From: a virus
Lineage: Duplodnaviria; Caudoviricetes
Length of the DNA stretch: 64,000 bases
Strand: one strand, 5' to 3'
IMG/VR virus record: IMGVR_UViG_3300022555_000004
The stretch's first letter is position 1. The number at the start of each line of letters is the position of its first letter. The position numbers were made by a program, and so were the translations under genes. Below, piece after piece: positions 8,986 to 18,645 of the stretch. The notes below the pieces were generated by a model, which searched no databases, was not told where the DNA came from, and saw only the letters and a list, made by a program, of their open reading frames with translations.

Positions 8986-9915
8986 TTACATATCACTAAT
9001 ATTTATATTTCGGATATAAGCATCATCACATGAACAAGAGAAATAATTCAAATCGTCAAATGGCGCATCTATTGTTGCTACGCCAGAGATTATCTCAACA
9101 TCATTTTGTAACATTTGAACGTTTTTATCAAGAACATTAACCTTATAATTTATCCATTCATTTACAATAACACCAGAATGATATATTTCACACACAGTAT
9201 TTCCTTCTTTGTCCATAACATAGAAATATAGTTCATTATCAACAATATCATAAGCGAATTCAATAGCAGTCAATCCGTCTTCTGATACAAATTGAATATT
9301 ACCATAATCAGCATTCTCTGGTACATATAAATTGAATGAGAATGTTAACATGTGGGATTCTACATTAGGTATTGAATATGTAATATATCCAACATCAGGA
9401 TGTCCGTTTCCTTTCAATAAATGAAGAGCGGATTCCGTAAAAGTGATATAATTTGATATTGTTGCGCCAACAGAAGACAACGGTGTTAATCCTTGTGCTT
9501 CTTCTATCCATGTTGTTGCCCCTTCTTCCCCGTCAAAATTCAGTAATAAAAATTGATTTACATACATAACATCAACCGTATGATTTTCCGTAACATTTTC
9601 AAATAGGATTGATTGTGGAAACGGATCGTCCATATCATAATCAAAATCCGTTGGATTTGTTCTGTAACTATTGCCGTCTATAATAATATCATATATATCA
9701 TGCCTAACAGCAGGATAAAATACAAAATTTTGATCCATACCGCTTTGAACGGAAACCGTCCCTAATTGGTCAATAATACCAGATGATGGCGCTGTCAATA
9801 TTGATGATGTGATTGTAAATAATGTTGGTATTGTATCAGCAACACGAGCAATCATTCCCGGCTCATGCAAGAAGAAATCTTTTAATACTTTGAATGGTAT
9901 TTCCGTAAATTTCAT
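8986..9915 (-). CDS. Putative baseplate-associated structural protein
   Basis: Acidic 309-aa ORF directly downstream of gp6; family not recognised. Confidence 0.45.
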   Translation of the reverse strand: MKFTEIPFKVLKDFFLHEPGMIARVADTIPTLFTITSSILTAPSSGIIDQLGTVSVQSGMDQNFVFYPAVRHDIYDIIIDGNSYRTNPTDFDYDMDDPFPQSILFENVTENHTVDVMYVNQFLLLNFDGEEGATTWIEEAQGLTPLSSVGATISNYITFTESALHLLKGNGHPDVGYITYSIPNVESHMLTFSFNLYVPENADYGNIQFVSEDGLTAIEFAYDIVDNELYFYVMDKEGNTVCEIYHSGVIVNEWINYKVNVLDKNVQMLQNDVEIISGVATIDAPFDDLNYFSCSCDDAYIRNINISDM

Positions 9916-9925
9916 ATATTTTTCC

Positions 9926-11665
9926 TTATATCTCTAATGAAAACGTGTCAGATGCAACAAATAATATTGGGTATTGATTATATCCTAGTTGAATTGTTCT
10001 TAGTTTATTGTCCGTTGAAAATGATGATTCAACATAATATGGATAATTTTCAATTGTGTTTGGTTCATATATCGTTTTTGTTTGATAGTATGGTGTTGTT
10101 GGTGAATATACAACAACGTCAATATCTCTCATTACAAGAGAACGAAGCCCCTTGACATAAGCAAAATCAGATGTTGGTGATGATATGCTTGTATCCAACA
10201 AATATTCTGAAATATCAATAAAAGATATTCTTTCATTGAAAGATCTGTTATATGAATCAAAATAATATATCAATTTATTTCTAACATCTGCCATAACATT
10301 AGTATATGTGTAGTTGGCTTTTATTTTTAATCCAATTTTGAACATGAAATATAATAATTCTGGAACAACATATTGTTCATATGTTGTAAGTATTTTTCTA
10401 GGTTTCAGATATTCAGAAATATCATTTGTGAATGTTGCATTATATGATATTGCTGATATTGGGGTTGTTGATGTTCCAGCAGACGATACACATGTTGATG
10501 TATCCCAAACACTAGGCACCAATGAAATATATACTTTATTATAATCTTGAACGAATCCAGACGGGCTTTGTTCTTGTTCGCCCCAAACATTGGCTTGAAC
10601 TATGTCCGCTCTTGTTTCTAAATGTTTTATATAATCATTTTTGGTAACATTTCTATATTGGGAATGTAACACACCCAATGTACTATTTTTTATTTCCTCA
10701 ATAGTTTCAGGACTGCTGCCCCCAATAGATGCCGTTGGGTTTGACACGGTATAACAAGTGGGTGATAGATATTCACCACTATGTTCTAACATTAAAAATG
10801 TTGGATTAGGTAAATCAATAATATAAGCAGCAATATTACCATCAATACCCGATGAAACTATGGCTAATATAGTTACGGAATCTACTGATGATGGTATATT
10901 TCTTGTACTTGAAAATTCAATATAATATCGTCCATACTTATCATATTTAAACATATAAGCATTTAGAACGTCTTCTGAATTTTCAAACCAATCTGATATT
11001 CTCGTCCATTTTATATCATTTACATAAAGTTTTATAGTTTCTGATGTATCACTAAGATCATCATCGTAATCATATGTGTTTGCTGGAATAAATATTTTAT
11101 TATTAGCGACATCTGTTCCTGTATATTCATATCTTACAATATAACCTTCTCTTGCTGTAATTGGAATTATATATGAACTGTTTGATAACGACATTGCAGA
11201 TACAGGATATGTTGTTGTTGGGTCTGTTGTAATAAGTTTTAGTACATTACCTGATGAATTGACAATACCCATAGAATTGCTAATTTCAGACCATTCATTT
11301 ATTATTATAATTTCTGATGCACTTGTTGCTCCTAATTCTTCAGCGGTTGCTGATGGTGATATGTCTATACTCAATGTTGTACTTGATGATCTATAACCCA
11401 TCGGATTATAACCACCCAACTGCGATAGCATATGGGTTGTTTCATACATATTAGATGTTGGTATATATTGGTTTTTTGCTATCATGTTTAGATAATAAGT
11501 GTTTAGTGATACAAGATATGATATGAGTTCCATTATAACATTAATGTTGGCACCTTCAAAGTCCACATCTTTAAATACAGGATTTGCCGATAATAGGGTT
11601 TTTAGTCTCGTTTTAGATGTGTTGAAATCTATATCGAGATAGTCTGGTGTTAATATATTAGTCAT
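9926..11665 (-). CDS. gp6: Baseplate wedge subunit, T4 gp6-like
   Basis: LDIDFNTSKTRLKTLL...DFEGANINVIMELISY...GYNP; GGSSPETIEEIK...RNVTKNDY. Confidence 0.88.
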   Translation of the reverse strand: MTNILTPDYLDIDFNTSKTRLKTLLSANPVFKDVDFEGANINVIMELISYLVSLNTYYLNMIAKNQYIPTSNMYETTHMLSQLGGYNPMGYRSSSTTLSIDISPSATAEELGATSASEIIIINEWSEISNSMGIVNSSGNVLKLITTDPTTTYPVSAMSLSNSSYIIPITAREGYIVRYEYTGTDVANNKIFIPANTYDYDDDLSDTSETIKLYVNDIKWTRISDWFENSEDVLNAYMFKYDKYGRYYIEFSSTRNIPSSVDSVTILAIVSSGIDGNIAAYIIDLPNPTFLMLEHSGEYLSPTCYTVSNPTASIGGSSPETIEEIKNSTLGVLHSQYRNVTKNDYIKHLETRADIVQANVWGEQEQSPSGFVQDYNKVYISLVPSVWDTSTCVSSAGTSTTPISAISYNATFTNDISEYLKPRKILTTYEQYVVPELLYFMFKIGLKIKANYTYTNVMADVRNKLIYYFDSYNRSFNERISFIDISEYLLDTSISSPTSDFAYVKGLRSLVMRDIDVVVYSPTTPYYQTKTIYEPNTIENYPYYVESSFSTDNKLRTIQLGYNQYPILFVASDTFSLEI

Positions 11666-11708
11666 TGATACTCCTTCATCAAAATATTATACTTGTATTT
11701 ATATCAAA

Positions 11709-12092
11709 TTATCCTTGAAGAACGAAACTTATAACATCATTATTACTGTTTGTTGATAAACGTATTGAATACATCATATTTATATCATATCTGAAATTAT
11801 CTTCATCAGCAATAACATCAATATTTTCAATATGTACTCTTGGATCCCAAAATTCTACTTCTTCTATCATCAATGTGCCGATTTTTTTTGCTGTTGATTC
11901 GTCAATAGGTTCAAATAATAATTGCTCTAAACTTGCTCCAAATTCTGGTAACATTCTTCTTTCCATTTTTCGTGTTTGTAAAATGTTTCTTATGGAATTT
12001 TTTATAGCATTGATATTAGAATTTTTATTCAAATCTTTAGTTTTTACGTTGGTTCCAAAATTTATGTCAATATCTGAATAAACGTCTGTCAT
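11709..12092 (-). CDS. gp25: Baseplate wedge subunit, gp25-like
   Basis: YSDIDINF...AIKNSIRNILQTRKMERRMLPEFGASLEQLLFEP...WDPRV. Confidence 0.92.
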   Translation of the reverse strand: MTDVYSDIDINFGTNVKTKDLNKNSNINAIKNSIRNILQTRKMERRMLPEFGASLEQLLFEPIDESTAKKIGTLMIEEVEFWDPRVHIENIDVIADEDNFRYDINMMYSIRLSTNSNNDVISFVLQG

Positions 12093-12102
12093 ATATACCT
12101 CC

Positions 12103-13425
12103 TTATGGGGTAATGCTTACTGTTTCAATGTTTTGCGTTATAGGCAGTCCTTCGCCTATTGTTACTTTTGTTTGATTAGCATGTGGATTTGATAAGTGTA
12201 TGGAGTTATATACCGTAAAATATCTTGGTGAGAAATATTCTTCCGTTGATGGGCCAAATGTTGCCACAAGTTGTGTAGCTCCAACATTATCAACACCCCC
12301 TGATAATAGTACCGATTCCATATTGCCCGGACAAACAAAGGTAACACCATCAACATATATAGCACCATGAATGTCTGATCCAGACACGCTTATAGTTTGA
12401 AATGCATCATCAAATGTCATATACATTGCTGATGTCGCAACGGCCGATGTTGATGGTGATGTCATGTATGCATTTATATCCATGATAAGAGTACATTCTG
12501 TATAACTGGCAGCACTTACTGGTATATATTCTACCTTGGTTACTTTGCATCCTTTTTGTTTATCAACCCCACAATCAATAAGTAAATCGGATCCTGATGG
12601 AATGTTAGTTGTCATATCACCACTACAATAAAAAGATATTATATTATCAGGGGCTGTATCATCATATTCTAATGTACCTGCTGATATACTTACCAAAGGA
12701 GACCATGTTGTATATTGTCTGTATACATTATCCATGTTATCCTGTTTGGTTTTATTAGCATCAACTATTGTCATACCTGTCGATAGTGACGCAATTCTAG
12801 CATTTATACCATATGTGCCATTCACACCCACAGGACAGTTTAGATGATCATAAGCAAAATCATAATCATCCATCCATTTTTCTATTTGATCACTATATAT
12901 TCCTGCAGTTGATGTATGTGATGTTGTAATTGAATATACGTGACTAATTGAACTTGGAATACCTATACCAGATACATTGATATATGTATATCCTAAATCA
13001 TATGATGATGATGATACAAAACTTCGTATACTTCCACTAACACTAGAACTTAGTGTTGTGTTTGATATAATTATTGGTTTTGATGTAGTGAAAATATTTG
13101 TTTTGTCTCCGATACATTTAAATTGGGTTGCAGATATGTATGATATCCCTGATAGTGATATTTCTGATAAGACACCAATCCCCCAATCTCTTACTGTTAT
13201 TCCTCCATAAGATACATCAAAATATTCTGTTTTAGATATTGATATTGCCTTTTCATGTATACCAACAGACAAATCGGTTCTTATGGTATTCATAACTGAC
13301 GTAATAGCAATTTTTTCGGCTTGTAATTTAGTTAGTTGGTCGTTTGCCGCAGATGTTGAAGTCGTCAATGCGTATGTCATTATAGTATAATCTTTTCCAA
13401 CAAGTTCTGTTATTTTATCCATCAT
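12103..13425 (-). CDS. Hypothetical, probably structural baseplate protein
   Basis: 440-aa Ser/Thr-rich ORF between PAAR and gp25. Confidence 0.45.
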   Translation of the reverse strand: MMDKITELVGKDYTIMTYALTTSTSAANDQLTKLQAEKIAITSVMNTIRTDLSVGIHEKAISISKTEYFDVSYGGITVRDWGIGVLSEISLSGISYISATQFKCIGDKTNIFTTSKPIIISNTTLSSSVSGSIRSFVSSSSYDLGYTYINVSGIGIPSSISHVYSITTSHTSTAGIYSDQIEKWMDDYDFAYDHLNCPVGVNGTYGINARIASLSTGMTIVDANKTKQDNMDNVYRQYTTWSPLVSISAGTLEYDDTAPDNIISFYCSGDMTTNIPSGSDLLIDCGVDKQKGCKVTKVEYIPVSAASYTECTLIMDINAYMTSPSTSAVATSAMYMTFDDAFQTISVSGSDIHGAIYVDGVTFVCPGNMESVLLSGGVDNVGATQLVATFGPSTEEYFSPRYFTVYNSIHLSNPHANQTKVTIGEGLPITQNIETVSITP

Positions 13426-13431
13426 ATCTCC

Positions 13432-13731
13432 TTATAAACAAAATATTGTACCAGCACCACCTATTACTGTGCCGGTATATGTTCCAACAAATTGTGATCC
13501 CATTCTGGCCATAGGTAGTCCTGAAACGAACACTTTATTTGACCCACTAATTATAATTCCTGTTCCACACCCAGCATATGTTATTGCCATGTCGCACACT
13601 CTAGCGACAGGCAGACCGTTTGCTATAACAGTCATTTGTGATGTTATAATATATCCATATTCGGTTTGTGGGTATCTATGATTGGTACATACACCAATCG
13701 TCATATCACCCATTCTTGCTATAGGTAACAT
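13432..13731 (-). CDS. PAAR-like spike tip protein (gp5.4-like)
   Basis: PIARMGD, NGLPVARVCD, SGLPMARMGS repeats. Confidence 0.85.
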   Translation of the reverse strand: MLPIARMGDMTIGVCTNHRYPQTEYGYIITSQMTVIANGLPVARVCDMAITYAGCGTGIIISGSNKVFVSGLPMARMGSQFVGTYTGTVIGGAGTIFCL

Positions 13732-13732
13732 A

Positions 13733-14518
13733 TTATCCCATTACTATCGTTAAAATTTTCATTATACAATTTAAATCTTCTGCTATTTCTGCGATATATT
13801 GTCCTATTTTTTTTATAAATGTTTTGAATATTTCAACAGCGTCTAATAATGCTGTAATAAATGCCATTACTTTAATTTCTAATTCTTTTATTATACCGCC
13901 TATGGTTTTCATTAGAGAATTAAACCATTTGATGATACTTTCCCATAATGTTTTTAGAATTTTTAACCCATTTAGTTTAGATGGATCTATTGGTGTATCA
14001 CCAGCCGCGTTAATCTGTTTTTTAATGTTATGTATAGTATTGACACATGTATTATAATATTCTTTCATTTTCTTCCATATTATATCTTTCAAATCTTTCA
14101 TCCATTTCATAATTTTAGAAATTGTTTCAGAGATAATAAGAAACATATTTATACATTTTCTAACAGCTGATACTATTGCGCCTATAGCTGCTTTGATTAT
14201 CATTGAAACAGCGGCCATAAGAGCTTTTAATATAGAACCAAAAATACCAAAGTCGAAATGGCATAAGTCTAGTTTACATGAAAACCCTGATATTGATATG
14301 CTATCTAATGGATTTACAAATGATGGCAGTGATGGCATTGATATTTTAGGGGGTGATATTGATATACCATTAATAGAAGGCATTTTAGGAATATTCATTT
14401 TTATAGCACTAATCTTGGATAATATGTTAGTAATATCCGATGCTTTAGTGACCATTTCCGCTATTTTTGATACAGTATTAGATGCCAATGATGCACATTC
14501 TGGAATTGCTGAAAACAT
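13733..14518 (-). CDS. Hypothetical protein with long Lys/Ile-rich amphipathic helices
   Basis: 261-aa ORF between gp5 and PAAR; hydrophobic/basic periodicity. Confidence 0.5.
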   Translation of the reverse strand: MFSAIPECASLASNTVSKIAEMVTKASDITNILSKISAIKMNIPKMPSINGISISPPKISMPSLPSFVNPLDSISISGFSCKLDLCHFDFGIFGSILKALMAAVSMIIKAAIGAIVSAVRKCINMFLIISETISKIMKWMKDLKDIIWKKMKEYYNTCVNTIHNIKKQINAAGDTPIDPSKLNGLKILKTLWESIIKWFNSLMKTIGGIIKELEIKVMAFITALLDAVEIFKTFIKKIGQYIAEIAEDLNCIMKILTIVMG

Positions 14519-14532
14519 ATATACCTCCTATT

Positions 14533-15646
14533 CTATCCTATTATTATTATTGGGCCTGATATCCAAGTTAATACTTTGCTTCCTACTAAGGTTATTATAC
14601 CATCAACCATCGTGAGTACACCACCACCAAGAGATGTCAGAATTAATCCTTTATATGATGCATCTAAAAATGCTAGGGTACTCGCTCGTAGAGACATACT
14701 ATCAACACCGCCGATTAAAGCCTCCATTTTTATGTTCATTAGCGTTGCTTCAAGCTTTATGTTCATTGTATTTGATTTTATTTTTGTCGTTGCATCAGAC
14801 ACGAATGAAGCTTCTCCGGCTGTCATCATATCCGAATCTCCCTTTATATTCCATATCATACCACCGGCTGTCTTGTTTTCTATTCCTGTTACTGTTGCGT
14901 CACTTGCACCAGCAATAAATTCTTTTTTATCACCCAATATTGATGTATTGGATGATTCTGCCGATAATATACTTTTCCCTGTTACAGTAAATTCAGAGTC
15001 TCCACCTACTATTGTTCGTTGTGATCCTGTAAATTTTTCATCTGTTCCTGTTCCTGTGTGACATGTGGAACTACCTGTACTACTATATGTTTGTTTTGCT
15101 CTTTTAGCACCACCATTTTGAATTATAATTTTTTCTTTTCCAGGCGTTGAATCCATTATGATTCTATTTCCACCCTTATCTTCTATTACAAAAGTATCTG
15201 GATAATTATCAGTTACATCTCCTTTGTTCCAGTCAGGTTCGCCACCTGTTTCTCTTGGAAACACACCATCAGGATCGAAAAATCCGATTTTAGGATTTGC
15301 GGGAACCCTTGATATGCCTGGTGCAGTTGCAAAAAATCTTGGTTCCATGATGTTACCGTTTTCAAAAAATAAAAACACATGGGATCCCTGACAAGGAACA
15401 CCATAAATACCAATTTTTGATATTCCACCAAATATTGGTATCGCTGGTTGCGCCCATATTAAATTTTCTGTGGTTACACTGTCTAATACATCAATATCTT
15501 TGTTGTCAGTATGTAATCCAAGAATACGAACCTTACAACGGCCGGCTTCTAATGGGTCATTATTGTCTTCAAACTACCCCCCTGAAAATGCCAGGCAGTT
15601 TTTCTTCGGGCAATTTAAAATCTGTAAATTCGCCTTTTGTGTACAT
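14533..15646 (-). CDS. gp5: Baseplate hub/spike gp5 (OB-fold plus beta-helix, no lysozyme domain seen), with an apparent +1 frameshift at 15569-15574
   Basis: ATG 15646 (RBS TAAGGAG) reads MYTKGEF...FRGVV then TGA. The +1 frame continues EDNNDPLEAGRCKVRILGLHT...WAQP...GVPCQGSHVFLFF and joins ORF 14533..15378, giving ~370 aa with the conserved gp5 N-terminal motif. Confidence 0.8.
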
Positions 15647-15758
15647 ATGGTATCTCCTTAGCTGTTAGGTTGCCACCCATTAATTTTTTACAATGATATA
15701 TTGCGTTGAGTTTTTCTTCTGGTAATTTGAAATCTGTAAATTCACCTTTTGTATACAT
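15615..15758 (-). pseudogene. 47-aa mini-ORF duplicating the first 17 residues of gp5
   Basis: MYTKGEFTDFKLPEEKL is identical to the gp5 start, with 6 synonymous and 0 non-synonymous differences. It then diverges and stops at 15615. Confidence 0.7.
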
Positions 15759-15770
15759 TACTTATCATCC

Positions 15771-17018
15771 TTATGTTTTATTGACATATGTATCGGAAAT
15801 TGTTTTTGCCGCTGGCATCAATTGTTGTGATTCTGATAATTCATATCCAGTTTTCAAACATGTTAATAGTTGTCTATATACAGGTGAAACATTAATACCA
15901 GATGTGAATTGATGTGTAATTGATTTCACCATAAACAGACCTTCTAACATTTTGTCGGTTTTCTTTGAATAATCAACACTTTTCCATGCAACATCAATGA
16001 TCATACCAGCATATCTTCGTGAATGACCTCTAACTACTAGGCCAGCAGAAAACTGTTTAGAATATCTACGAATAAATTCATGGTCGTTAATATTATCAAT
16101 TTTTTCTAATTCAGATTCACCATCAATTATAACATTTGTTCTACTATTACTCAAATCCCAAAATAACGTGGATTTTCCTAATAAACTGTATTTATCCACC
16201 GAATCTTTATATGTATACGATGGGTTATGTATATATTTTCCATCAAAATCAAAACCATGTCTTTTTGCGCCACTAAGATATTTTAGAGCTAGTCTGTCTG
16301 GCGGGTTTATATACCAATCCAAAATTTTATTATCAGCGGCACTTTGATCAGTAAAAATGTATTTTACATTTTTACCATCCTCCCCCTTTTCTCTATCTTT
16401 ACTTGTTACTAGGGTTTCCATTGTTACAAAATTCGCGCCTTTTGAATTATAGTAAAATAAATAACCAGGCAATTTAGACTTTTCGCCAGAACATCGTTTC
16501 ATAATCCATTTGATAGATTCTGCTGGCGACCAATATGGCATATAGAAATTATCAAATGTTTCGTTTGTATTTTCAAACTTTTCAAAATTTTCCGTTTTTA
16601 TCATGTCTTTACATATGTCGGTTATTATATCAGAACCTTTTTTGCCTTCCGCCCATGCTCTACTGTATCGTCTGTCCACTAATGAAGTAAACATTGGTTC
16701 TACAAAAAACCATCTTGCTTTTTTCAATCCTGTTGTTATGTTGGAATCTTCTACAATAGCTTCATAATTATAAACAACAAACATTTTTTCAACATTGATG
16801 CCACCTTCTTGATATATAATGTATAATGGATCAAAACCAATAATTTCAAATGTTTCAGTCCATCCTTCTTTATCATAAAATATTAGGCTTCCTGCCATAC
16901 ATAATGAATAAATATCTTCTACAATATTCAATTCAATAACATTTTCAGCAGATATTGTAGCTACTTTATCACCTCGTATCATTTGTATAGTAAAGTTTCC
17001 TTGTATATTTTCATCCAT
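15771..17018 (-). CDS. Baseplate hub protein, gp27-like
   Basis: Position upstream of gp5; LNIVEDIYSLCMAGSLIFYD, PYWSPAESIKWI, GLFMVKSITHQF resemble gp27/VgrG-type hub proteins. Confidence 0.6.
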   Translation of the reverse strand: MDENIQGNFTIQMIRGDKVATISAENVIELNIVEDIYSLCMAGSLIFYDKEGWTETFEIIGFDPLYIIYQEGGINVEKMFVVYNYEAIVEDSNITTGLKKARWFFVEPMFTSLVDRRYSRAWAEGKKGSDIITDICKDMIKTENFEKFENTNETFDNFYMPYWSPAESIKWIMKRCSGEKSKLPGYLFYYNSKGANFVTMETLVTSKDREKGEDGKNVKYIFTDQSAADNKILDWYINPPDRLALKYLSGAKRHGFDFDGKYIHNPSYTYKDSVDKYSLLGKSTLFWDLSNSRTNVIIDGESELEKIDNINDHEFIRRYSKQFSAGLVVRGHSRRYAGMIIDVAWKSVDYSKKTDKMLEGLFMVKSITHQFTSGINVSPVYRQLLTCLKTGYELSESQQLMPAAKTISDTYVNKT

Positions 17019-17395
17019 TATAAATCAAACAACCTCCGCATATCTCTTTGTATGTATGGTATATAGTGTGGTAAAAGAATTGTCAAGATATTTCCCTCGT
17101 TTATTTCTTCAAATGGGTTTAATATGTTATTTGAAAGACATATTAACCACCATATATCAATATCATTATAATATTTATATGATATTGTTTCCCACCAAGG
17201 TTCAACGATGCCAATAGATTCTGTGTTTGTCGGTATATCAAATATCGTAGAATCTATTGTAAAATTTTTAAAAATATTCATGAAATATTGATCGTCATCG
17301 TCTTTCAATATATCAAACATTCTTAACATAGTTGAGTTTGATAATTTATCGTTTTTTATATTAATATATTGGATGTTTGTATTTTGTATTGCCAT
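17018..17395 (-). CDS. gp53: Baseplate wedge gp53-like protein (LysM-like)
   Basis: WETISYKYYNDIDIWWLICLSNNILNP. Confidence 0.8.
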   Translation of the reverse strand: MAIQNTNIQYINIKNDKLSNSTMLRMFDILKDDDDQYFMNIFKNFTIDSTIFDIPTNTESIGIVEPWWETISYKYYNDIDIWWLICLSNNILNPFEEINEGNILTILLPHYIPYIQRDMRRLFDL

Positions 17396-17445
17396 TAATA
17401 ACCTCTGTGTTATATATTACATGATATGATATTTGTAAACATTTA

Positions 17446-18633
17446 CTAATCCTGCCATTCCTTCCTCCCTCTCCATACTATATTCCCACCCTTTGCCCAA
17501 TTATCTGTTCCTATCATTCTTATAGAACCTGCCCTTGGGTCTGATGATGCCCTTGGGTCTGATGATGGTAATGGTGGTTGTGTTGCGTCTATTTGGTTTG
17601 ATCTTTCCTTTTGTAATGCACTTATTCTTGAATATTTAGATTTTAATCCATAAAATACGGATTGTTCCAGTGGTCTAAATTCTGTGAATGATAATCTTAA
17701 TTCACATCTGGAAGGATATCCATCAATCCAAGGGCCTTTCCATGTAGGTTGTACTGATTTTAATACTGCAGCATCACATGTTAATAAATCTCCTGGCTCT
17801 GTACGGACATCGAAAATATAAGGTAGTATTATATTTGTATTCATACCAGCACTACGATCTTCATTATATGATGGTGATGATAACATTTCTAATACTTTTA
17901 CTGGAAGTACAACATATTCGTGATTTTTTCCTTTGACGGTATTTATCAAGTTGAAGATTAGTTCAAATTGCCTTCTTTCCGACCCTTTATATTGTAATGG
18001 GGTGTCTACTCTATAATTAGCAACATTTCCGTTGGTAGTTGCGTGTTGCCCCATTTTTATTACATCATCAACTAATGTACCACCTTTAAATCCATTAAGC
18101 ACCTTACCACCTATAGATCTAAATGCTGCCATTGTTTTGGTCGGAACACGACCACTCGTTTTTGCATATGCTGGATCAAGGCTTGATAGTTGTTCTGGCA
18201 TTGAAACTGCCCATTTAGCATAAAATTCTGCTATTGCTGATGCCATTGAACTATACGATTCCCATGAATGTGATATTGATTCCATCAATTCTTGTTGAGC
18301 TAGAAATTTAAACCCATATACCTTTGCATTATCCATTTTGGTAAACATTGTTGTAGATCCTGGCTCACTTTTCGTAAAAACATCAGAACTTCTAACAGCA
18401 TTTGTTATTTTAAATACGGGTGTGGCTGTCATTTTTACCCATACAAGTTGTGTTGTTTTTGTGTTACTGATATTTGATGGTTCAGGATTTATAAATTCCG
18501 ATGGTATGTAAAGATCCGGTTTTTTATTTTCAAAAGAGTCCGTCTTAATCAGTTCAGTCATTTCAGGCGATGCTGATACAAATTGTTTAGGCGTTGGTTC
18601 TACTGTTGATGGATTATAAAAAATTCCTGGCAT
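17446..18633 (-). CDS. Baseplate tail-tube cap, gp48/gp54-like
   Basis: RRQFELIFNL...CDAAVLKSVQPTW...CELRLSFTE; position in the baseplate cluster. Confidence 0.55.
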   Translation of the reverse strand: MPGIFYNPSTVEPTPKQFVSASPEMTELIKTDSFENKKPDLYIPSEFINPEPSNISNTKTTQLVWVKMTATPVFKITNAVRSSDVFTKSEPGSTTMFTKMDNAKVYGFKFLAQQELMESISHSWESYSSMASAIAEFYAKWAVSMPEQLSSLDPAYAKTSGRVPTKTMAAFRSIGGKVLNGFKGGTLVDDVIKMGQHATTNGNVANYRVDTPLQYKGSERRQFELIFNLINTVKGKNHEYVVLPVKVLEMLSSPSYNEDRSAGMNTNIILPYIFDVRTEPGDLLTCDAAVLKSVQPTWKGPWIDGYPSRCELRLSFTEFRPLEQSVFYGLKSKYSRISALQKERSNQIDATQPPLPSSDPRASSDPRAGSIRMIGTDNWAKGGNIVWRGRKEWQD

Positions 18634-18645
18634 TTTGTTCTCCTT

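Noticed and set aside
15596-15758. Diversity-generating retroelement (template/variable repeat pair)
   Set aside because: The differences are third-position synonymous, not adenine-specific, and there is no reverse transcriptase in the window.
17530-17566. 18-bp tandem duplication (SSDPRA x2) in the gp48-like C-terminus
   Set aside because: A trivial low-complexity tail duplication with no sign of function.
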